Shown piece by piece: positions 57,470 to 64,000 of a DNA stretch of 64,000 bases; positions within the stretch are counted from its first letter, which is position 1; each line of letters begins with the position of its first letter. The stretch comes from Nitrospirota bacterium (GTDB lineage: Bacteria > Nitrospirota > Thermodesulfovibrionia > Thermodesulfovibrionales > Dissulfurispiraceae). The notes under the pieces were generated by a model. The model was not told the origin of the DNA, searched no databases, and saw nothing but the letters and a program-made list of their open reading frames with translations. The position numbers were made by a program, and so were the translations under genes. The DNA lies in the NCBI GenBank assembly GCA_963790025.1, contig CAWBMP010000004.1:32001-96000 (forward strand). The letters are read 5' to 3'.

Positions 57470-59260
57470 TCAAGCGGTCTTATTCGTAAAAATACTGCGC
57501 GAAAACACTGCAAGATCAAGAATGAGCACGACTCTGCCATCGCCGGTGATTGTGGCGCCCAATATGCCGCACTCTTCAGATTCTATGCCATTGATGGTCT
57601 TAATCACAATTTCTTCCTGTCCGAGCAATTCGTCAACAGCGATGCAGAACCGCCTGTCTCCGACGATCGCGACAAGCACATATGTATGGTCACTGCTCTC
57701 TTTTTTTATGTTCCGCACCGCGAGAACAGCAGACATGTCGAACATCGGGATGACCCTGCCTCTTATAGTCAGCACCTTTTGCCCTGTTATGTCCTTGACA
57801 TCGCTTTTTTTGATCCTGAATGTTTCTTCTATCATGGATTGCGGGACAGCGTAATACTCATCGCCGACCCTGACCATCATGGCCTGCAAAATTGCAAGTG
57901 TGAGCGGCAAACTTATCTTAAAGGTGGTCCCGATATCTTTTTGGGTAATAACTTCAACATAGCCGTTCAGTTTCCCTACGTTAGTTTTAACTACATCCAT
58001 TCCTACCCCACGGCCGCTCAATTCAGTAGAAACCTCTTTTGTCGAGAATCCTGGAAGGAATATAAGGTTTATTGCCGTGTCGTCAGACATCTTCTGTGAC
58101 TCTTCTTCGGATATGAGCCCCTTCGACAACGCCTTCTTCTTTACCGCATTAACATCTATCCCTTTGCCGTCATCCGATACTTCAATAACAATCTGCGTAC
58201 CTCTTTGGTAGGCGCTGAGAATGATCCTGCCCCTTTTGGGCTTGCCTTTAAGTTCTCTTTCAGCAGAAAACTCGATCGCGTGGTCTATGGAATTCCTGAT
58301 GATATGCACGAGAGGGTCGCCGATATTCTCTATAACGGTTTTATCGACCTCCGTATCCTCGCCAAACATCTCCAGATCTATGTCCTTGCCCAGTGTTCGG
58401 GACATATCTCTCACCATTCTGGGGAACTTGCCGAAGACCTTCTGAATAGGCTGCATCCTCATCTTCATAACGGCAAGTTGCAGGTCTGAAGTGACTCTAT
58501 CCAGAAAACCCGTAGTCTCGACCAGGCCTTCCACATAGGGGTCATCAGAATAATTTATATCGAGCTTGGTTGCAAGATTAAGGAGCCTGTTCCGGGCAAG
58601 AACTATCTCTCCGGCAAGGTCCATCACTTTATCAATTCTCGATATATCAACCCTCAGGTGAGAGACGACTTCCCTTTCCTTCGCCATCTCTTCAGCGACA
58701 GAGGAAGGTCCAACGGCAGGTGAAGGTATAGGTTTAGGTTTAGATTCAGGTTCAGATTCGGGTTCATTTGTTTGCTCTGCCTCTGCCTCTTTTTCGGGCT
58801 CTGCCTCAACCTTTACTTCTGCTTCTACTTTTGTTTTTGGCTCTGCCTCTGCCTTTACCTCTGCCTGTGGTTTCGCCGACTCGGAAGCCTTGTCCAGTTC
58901 TGCAAGCAGCGTTGAAATGTCTTCCTCAATGCCATCTTTAATTTTTATATGGAAAATAAGGAGCCGTAAGGTATCGACACTCTTAAGGATGACATCCATT
59001 AATTCCATCGAAAGGGCAATCTCGGCATCCCGGACCCTTTTCATGATGCTTTCGGCCCTGTGGGCAACATCGACTATCGGCTGAAATCCGAGGAACCCCG
59101 CAGCACCTTTAAGCGTATGCATGCCGCGGAATATCTCGTTGATCATGTCTTTATCGTATCCCTTTGTTTCCAGCTCGACAAACATGGGATCGATTCTTTC
59201 GAGCGTTTCCGAAGCTTCGGTAACGAACTCGTCTATTATTTCTTCCATCTCATCAGCCAT
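57470..59260 (-). CDS. cheA: Chemotaxis kinase CheA (no evident P2 domain)
   Basis: Hpt (FRGMHTLKG), dimerisation domain, HATPase (RNSIDH, SGRGVGMDVV), CheW-like P5. Confidence 0.96.
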   Translation of the reverse strand: MADEMEEIIDEFVTEASETLERIDPMFVELETKGYDKDMINEIFRGMHTLKGAAGFLGFQPIVDVAHRAESIMKRVRDAEIALSMELMDVILKSVDTLRLLIFHIKIKDGIEEDISTLLAELDKASESAKPQAEVKAEAEPKTKVEAEVKVEAEPEKEAEAEQTNEPESEPESKPKPIPSPAVGPSSVAEEMAKEREVVSHLRVDISRIDKVMDLAGEIVLARNRLLNLATKLDINYSDDPYVEGLVETTGFLDRVTSDLQLAVMKMRMQPIQKVFGKFPRMVRDMSRTLGKDIDLEMFGEDTEVDKTVIENIGDPLVHIIRNSIDHAIEFSAERELKGKPKRGRIILSAYQRGTQIVIEVSDDGKGIDVNAVKKKALSKGLISEEESQKMSDDTAINLIFLPGFSTKEVSTELSGRGVGMDVVKTNVGKLNGYVEVITQKDIGTTFKISLPLTLAILQAMMVRVGDEYYAVPQSMIEETFRIKKSDVKDITGQKVLTIRGRVIPMFDMSAVLAVRNIKKESSDHTYVLVAIVGDRRFCIAVDELLGQEEIVIKTINGIESEECGILGATITGDGRVVLILDLAVFSRSIFTNKTA

Positions 59261-59262
59261 GA

Positions 59263-59670
59263 CTATCCCTCAGCTTTCAAAGACTTTTTCTTATCAGCAA
59301 TTTTTTCGAGTTTCTCCTTTAGTATCTCGGCTGTAAATGGCTTGACGATATAGTTGTCTACCCCGGCTTTAATGGCCTCTATCACTTTTTCTTTTTCGGC
59401 CTCTGCCGTCACCATGAGAAAAGGAATATTTTTTAATGGTTCAGTCTCCTTCCGGACATTCCTGAGCAGTTCAATCCCTTCCACATTCGGCATATTCCAA
59501 TCAGAAATTACCAGTCCATAATTGCCGCTTTTCAGCCGTTGCATGGCCTGTCCCCCATCTTCAGCCTCGTCTATATTTTCGAATCCAAGCTGTTTGAGAA
59601 GGTTCTTCACTATTCTCCTCATAGTCGGGAAGTCATCCACAACAAGTACTTTGATAGTAAGATTAAACAT
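59263..59670 (-). CDS. cheY: Chemotaxis response regulator CheY
   Basis: [27 protein letters not shown]. Confidence 0.95.
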   Translation of the reverse strand: MFNLTIKVLVVDDFPTMRRIVKNLLKQLGFENIDEAEDGGQAMQRLKSGNYGLVISDWNMPNVEGIELLRNVRKETEPLKNIPFLMVTAEAEKEKVIEAIKAGVDNYIVKPFTAEILKEKLEKIADKKKSLKAEG

Positions 59671-60053
59671 TACTCCCCACCTCCGCTAAATATCTTTTTA
59701 AAAATGAGTTTTATGCTTTCATTGATCTTGTCGGCATTAGTAGGTTTGACCAGATAGTCATCAACGCCGGCATCGAAGGCCTTTTTCTTTTCATCGTCAT
59801 CAGCTTCTGTAGTAACCATAATAATCGGAATGTTCTTCAGATTGATGTCTGACCTGAGCGTCTTAGTAAGTTCGATGCCGTCCATATAAGGCATATTCAT
59901 ATCGGTGACAACAAGGTTGATACTTTCAGTCCCGAGTTTCTCAAGCGCATCAAGGCCATTTTCTGCCGACGCCACCTCGTACCCCTTGCTTTTAAGATAC
60001 AAGCCCAGCAGTTTCCTCGTTGTCTTGTCATCATCAACTATCAATAGCTTCAT
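59670..60053 (-). CDS. Single-domain response regulator (second CheY-like)
   Basis: IVDD, TDMNMP, VTTE, YLVKP; start MKLLIV. Confidence 0.9.
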   Translation of the reverse strand: MKLLIVDDDKTTRKLLGLYLKSKGYEVASAENGLDALEKLGTESINLVVTDMNMPYMDGIELTKTLRSDINLKNIPIIMVTTEADDDEKKKAFDAGVDDYLVKPTNADKINESIKLIFKKIFSGGGE

Positions 60054-60063
60054 GGGACCCCCC

Positions 60064-60232
60064 AAAGGCAGACAAAGATTAAGGCAGAGGTAAAGACAAA
60101 CGAAAAGCAAAGTGAAAAAACCCCATCTCTTAATTCCACGCGCCTTTCTATCTTCATCTTACCTTCATCATTTTGTTCTTGCCTTTATTTTTCTCTACCG
60201 CTGCCTCTGCCCTTACCTTTACCTCTGCCTTT
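60064..60232. repeat. Palindromic hexamer micro-repeat (AGGYAR / YTRCCT)
   Basis: aaggcagacaaagattaaggcagaggtaaag ... ctgcctctgcccttacctttacctctgcct. Confidence 0.78.
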
Positions 60233-60236
60233 CTTT

Positions 60237-61067
60237 TTAGACCTTCTGATATATGATTACTCTATTTATCACTACAGGCCTGAAAGCCCTCGTCACATTA
60301 TGGAGACTTTCAGATGTGCCGATAAAGAGATAGCCTCCCGGCCTTAGCGCATCATATAAATGCGATACAACCTTTTGTTTGGCCTTATCATCAAAATAAA
60401 TAAGAACATTGCGGCAAAAAATTATATCAATCCCGCGTATCGACCTTACATCTTTTTCTTCCATCAGATTTACCCTGGATAATTTTACCAGGGATTTTAC
60501 CGCATTTGATAAAGTATATTGCTGGTTTGAATCTGTAAAGTATTTCTTCAAATATGCGGCCGGGATATTCCGGATGGCATATGAACCGTATACCCCTGCA
60601 CGCGCCGATGCCAGCACCGATTCGCTGATATCAGAAGCATATATATCTTTTTTAAATCCGATGAGTTCACCTTTCTCAAGAAGGACTATGGACAAGGTAT
60701 ACGGTTCCTCTCCGGTAGAAGACGCAGCAGACCATATTCTGATGTCCCTCCGGCCCGCATTTGCATTTTCGGTGGATATCCGGCTCAACAATTCGCTGCC
60801 GAATACCTCGAATTGCTGGGGCTCGCGGAAGAAAAAAGTCTCATTGGTCGTTATTAAGTCAAAAAGCCGCTGAAGCTCCAGGCGGTCCGCCCCATATTTG
60901 AGATTATAAAGGTAATCCTCATAGCCCTTCAGATTCATTTCCTGTACTCTTCTGCCGAGCCTGTTTTCAAGGAAGTATTTCTTATTGTCCGGAATAAAAA
61001 TACCGCTTTTTTCGTAAATAAAGTCCCTGAACTGTTTAAATACGTCATCCTGTATCGCGATGATCAT
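60237..61067 (-). CDS. cheR: Chemotaxis methyltransferase CheR
   Basis: TTNETFFFRE, WSAASSTGEEPY, IFCRNVLIYF. Confidence 0.96.
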   Translation of the reverse strand: MIIAIQDDVFKQFRDFIYEKSGIFIPDNKKYFLENRLGRRVQEMNLKGYEDYLYNLKYGADRLELQRLFDLITTNETFFFREPQQFEVFGSELLSRISTENANAGRRDIRIWSAASSTGEEPYTLSIVLLEKGELIGFKKDIYASDISESVLASARAGVYGSYAIRNIPAAYLKKYFTDSNQQYTLSNAVKSLVKLSRVNLMEEKDVRSIRGIDIIFCRNVLIYFDDKAKQKVVSHLYDALRPGGYLFIGTSESLHNVTRAFRPVVINRVIIYQKV

Positions 61068-62911
61068 AAGGAATTGAGCGCCTCCCTTATTTTCTCCTGA
61101 ACATCCTTGTTTTGATGGTCAAAATACGGAGAGAGGGCCTCATAAGCTTCACGTCCTCCAAGTTCAACTATGGCATCGATGGCAGACATGACAACAGGAA
61201 TGAATTCATCAAGCAGCAGCGGCGATATCCTGACAATAGCTGTGTCTCTATCGCAGGAGAAGGCAATTGTTTTGATCGCATAAAAACGGACCCAGGGGTC
61301 ATTGTCCTGTAAGACTCTGAAAAGTCCAGGGTGGCAGCAGCGCGCCTCTCCAAGCCCAACCACTGCGGCCTTGCGTACATCTGCATCACTGTCTCCCAAA
61401 AACGCGGACAACCGCGATGTGGCCTCTTCGGTCGCCATACGGCCAAGGCTGTTTATAGCGGCAATCTTTACTTTCTTCTCGGGGTCTTCCGTCAGTTTAC
61501 AGAGAATATTCTCATCCGATACTGTCTTTGATATAATCTCGCGGACCTGACTGCTGTAATCCGCAACGCCGGAAAGAAATCTCTCGGCATCTATTTGATT
61601 CAGCGATTCGACGATATTCTCAAGCACATCATAATAAGTCTCTATACCTATAAGTTTCATGAGCGGGCCATAAGCTTGTTTTGACTGCATCTTCCCGAGG
61701 GCCTCAATTGCGAGTCGCCGCACATGGCCGTCTGCATCGCGCTGCGCAGTCTCAAGAAGCGCGTCTATAGACTCGGAAGCCCCTATGTTGCCAAGCGCCA
61801 GGGTCGAAGCTCGCCGCAAATCCCTCTTCGCGTCACCCAAAAATCTGATAAGAATTGGCACAGCTCTCGTGCTTTTTATTTCACCCAGAATTCCCATCAC
61901 AAACAATATCCCCCGGCATTTCAAGCCGGGGGACTCAATCAGTCGCAAGAGTACCATTTCAGGATCAAGGGCCTTGATAGTGGTCTTCAACATTTCAATT
62001 CTTTCTTCACTATCCGGCAGTGAGGGATCAAGTGCTCCTGCAATATCAACCATCAGGTCGACAGCTTCCCTGCAATTAAGAGCTACGATCCCTTTCAGGG
62101 CCACCTCCCTGTCCTCCCATTCTCCATCCTTGAGCATGGTCATCAGGTATTCCGAGATATTGGACATGTCTGGGGTAATGCCTATCTTGAAAAGGCTCTT
62201 TATTACCGTATTCCTTTCATCTTCCGGCGCGTGCCGCAGGTAGGCGGCGAGTTTGTCAGCCGCCTTATCCGAGCCGAGTTTGCCCAGCGTCTCGATGGCC
62301 TCATGCCGAACAACTTCAGAAGGGAGCGCAAGCAGGGCGGCTATCTTCTCGACAGCACTGTCATCCTTGAGCTCTCCAAGGGCTTCCAACACAGAAAAGC
62401 AGACCCATTCCTCATCGTTCAGCGCATCAACCAGTTCCGGAACAGCCTGCCTGTATCCGAGCAGGCCGAGTGCCCTTGCCGCAGCCGCCCGCACATTGCT
62501 ATTGCTGTCCTTGAGCATCGGGACGATGAATGCCGGGGCAATGCCTTCACCTATATCGGCCAGAAGATCAATTGCGAATTTTCTTACATCATCGTCTTTA
62601 TCTTTGAGCAGCGGATATAGAAACGGTACCGATACGCTCCCCAGTTTTGTAAGTATAATCAGGGCCGTGTTTCGAAGATAGGTATTTTCCCGCAGGAGAG
62701 GCAGGACCATGTATGCTGTCACTTCGCCGCCGATGGCGATAAGGGACCTCATTGCGGCATCCTGCACCCCGACATTCTCATCGCTGAGCGCTTTGAGCAA
62801 TGGATACACCGCCGTATCATCACCGGCTGCCAGATCTTCAATAATCCTCTTTCTTACGGAAGGGTCTTTATCTTTCAGTTTTTGAATCAGTCTCTTGACG
62901 TTCTTCGCCAC
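61064..62911 (-). CDS. HEAT/PBS-lyase repeat protein co-transcribed with cheR
   Basis: Repeated LxDxxxxVRxxAxxALG units; overlaps the cheR start. Confidence 0.88.
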   Translation of the reverse strand: MAKNVKRLIQKLKDKDPSVRKRIIEDLAAGDDTAVYPLLKALSDENVGVQDAAMRSLIAIGGEVTAYMVLPLLRENTYLRNTALIILTKLGSVSVPFLYPLLKDKDDDVRKFAIDLLADIGEGIAPAFIVPMLKDSNSNVRAAAARALGLLGYRQAVPELVDALNDEEWVCFSVLEALGELKDDSAVEKIAALLALPSEVVRHEAIETLGKLGSDKAADKLAAYLRHAPEDERNTVIKSLFKIGITPDMSNISEYLMTMLKDGEWEDREVALKGIVALNCREAVDLMVDIAGALDPSLPDSEERIEMLKTTIKALDPEMVLLRLIESPGLKCRGILFVMGILGEIKSTRAVPILIRFLGDAKRDLRRASTLALGNIGASESIDALLETAQRDADGHVRRLAIEALGKMQSKQAYGPLMKLIGIETYYDVLENIVESLNQIDAERFLSGVADYSSQVREIISKTVSDENILCKLTEDPEKKVKIAAINSLGRMATEEATSRLSAFLGDSDADVRKAAVVGLGEARCCHPGLFRVLQDNDPWVRFYAIKTIAFSCDRDTAIVRISPLLLDEFIPVVMSAIDAIVELGGREAYEALSPYFDHQNKDVQEKIREALNSL

Positions 62912-63009
62912 GCAATCAGCCTCCGTATGAAGATCAATTATCGAATATTATAGTATATATATAAGGAAACATAAGAGCAAGAGCGAACAAGGTATCAGGT
63001 TGACCTTCT

Positions 63010-63732
63010 TTATTTGAAGTCTTCCATAACAGACCGGAGCTTCAAAAGGGCCTTGCCGTGCAGTTGGCAAACTCTAGACTCGCTTATTTCAAGGACTTTT
63101 CCTATTTCCTTCATAGTGAGCTCTTCGTAATAATAGAGGGTAAGCACAAGCCTTTCTTTTTCCGGCAGTGCGTCGATGGAGCTGCCGAGGACTGATCGTA
63201 ATTCCTTCAGATTCAGTTCATCGACAATGTCCCTGTCGTTTCTGTCAGAGATACATTCCAGTATATCCAGAGACTCACCTTCCTTATTTGTCATTCCAAG
63301 GTCCTCGAGTTTTATCATGCGCATGGTATTGGCAGTAGATAATGTCTTGTAAAGATCATCCATGGATATATTCAACCTTTCGGCAACTTCCTCATCACTC
63401 GCACTGCGGTTCAGCTCCTTCTCCAGCGATGCATAAGCGTGTTTCGTCTCATCCAATTTTTTTCTGGCATCTTTCGATCCCCACTGCATGGACCTGATTT
63501 CGTCAATAATGGCGCCCCGTATCCTGAAATCCGCAAAAGTGCTCAAACTGGCATTCAAAGAGGGTTTATACCGTTCTATTGCCTCAAGCAGCCCTATTAT
63601 TCCAGCAGACACCAGGTCTTCAATGCTTAATTCCGGCGGCAGATAAAAACCATACCTGGAAGCATAGTACTTTACTCTAGGCAGAAATTTCTCGACTATC
63701 TCTTCCTTTTCCTTCTCAGATACATTTCCCAT
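63010..63732 (-). CDS. fliA: Flagellar sigma factor FliA (sigma28)
   Basis: DLVSAGIIGL, RIRGAIIDEIR, LYYYEELTMKEIG...SESRVCQLH. Confidence 0.96.
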   Translation of the reverse strand: MGNVSEKEKEEIVEKFLPRVKYYASRYGFYLPPELSIEDLVSAGIIGLLEAIERYKPSLNASLSTFADFRIRGAIIDEIRSMQWGSKDARKKLDETKHAYASLEKELNRSASDEEVAERLNISMDDLYKTLSTANTMRMIKLEDLGMTNKEGESLDILECISDRNDRDIVDELNLKELRSVLGSSIDALPEKERLVLTLYYYEELTMKEIGKVLEISESRVCQLHGKALLKLRSVMEDFK

Positions 63733-63744
63733 AAATCCCCCAAG

Positions 63745-63828
63745 AAGCAGGCAAAGGTAAAGGTAAAGGTAAAGAAAAGACTAAAGACATTAAATAAGAA
63801 AAACTCTACCTTTACCTTTGCCTCCACC
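63745..63828. repeat. Palindromic hexamer micro-repeat (AGGTAA / TTACCT)
   Basis: aggcaaaggtaaaggtaaaggtaaag ... ctacctttacctttgcctcc. Confidence 0.8.
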
Positions 63829-63838
63829 CGTTTTATTA

Positions 63839-64000
63839 TTACGTTTGACGCATCAATGCCTTTTTCAAAAAGAATTGTATATTACCTTTAACATCGTTCA
63901 TCGGATCATCAAGCAACCTTTTCGCTATAACGCCCAGTTTCTTTGAAAACGTACTGTTAGGGTACATGGCAATGTAGCCCTTCTGTGCAATAATAGCATC
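63839..64000 (-). CDS. flhG: FlhG/FleN (MinD-like ATPase), C-terminal part (runs off window end)
   Basis: DAIIAQKGYIAMYPNS...KGNIQFFLKK; directly upstream of fliA. Confidence 0.7.
   Translation of the reverse strand, partial: DAIIAQKGYIAMYPNSTFSKKLGVIAKRLLDDPMNDVKGNIQFFLKKALMRQT

Noticed and set aside
62938..62964. Sigma28 promoter for the HEAT-che operon
   Set aside because: TTCGATAA is present but the -35 is poor and an overlapping TATAAT is equally plausible.
70..63630. Many antisense or overlapping ORFs in the track, and N-terminal extensions of hcp, greA, ribD, nrdJ and the 60110 ORF
   Set aside because: These are shadows of well-supported genes; downstream starts fit family N-termini and SD or promoter positions better.

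Overview
Bacterial chromosomal window. Gene content and order suggest a Nitrospirota/Thermodesulfovibrionia-like organism; this is inference, not tested. In order: a periplasmic redox cluster (Tat phosphoesterase, soluble CuA-type cupredoxin, SorAB-like sulfite:cytochrome c oxidoreductase, cytochrome c, SCO); a DegP; a dCache hybrid kinase; a 2.3-kb decayed island of REP-associated (Y1/RAYT-like) transposase fragments interleaved with toxin-antitoxin modules; hcp with an HcpR-type box; mlaEFDC; housekeeping genes (prmA, ychF, tRNA-Ser, tilS, hemW, ribD, UbiD-family decarboxylase, ndk, fabD, etfBA, acpS, pdxJ, nrdJ, TPP-riboswitch-controlled thiSGEC, pyrKD, greA); an orphan flagellin-like gene; and a flagellar/chemotaxis cluster from fliW to flhG. 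The strongest unexplained signals are non-coding or tiny. (1) About 16 dispersed palindromes made of a purine-rich 6-8-nt tandem-repeat arm followed by its complement, which also supply codons for signal peptides, linkers and C-termini. (2) Two ~180-200-nt rod-like elements with conserved loops and covarying stems, plus an ends-only derivative. (3) Two tandem ~40-aa microproteins missed by the ORF track. (4) A CheW-CheZ fusion and giant FlgK/FlgL. No CRISPR array, rRNA or intact transposase was seen. All calls come from reading the sequence; no database searches were run.
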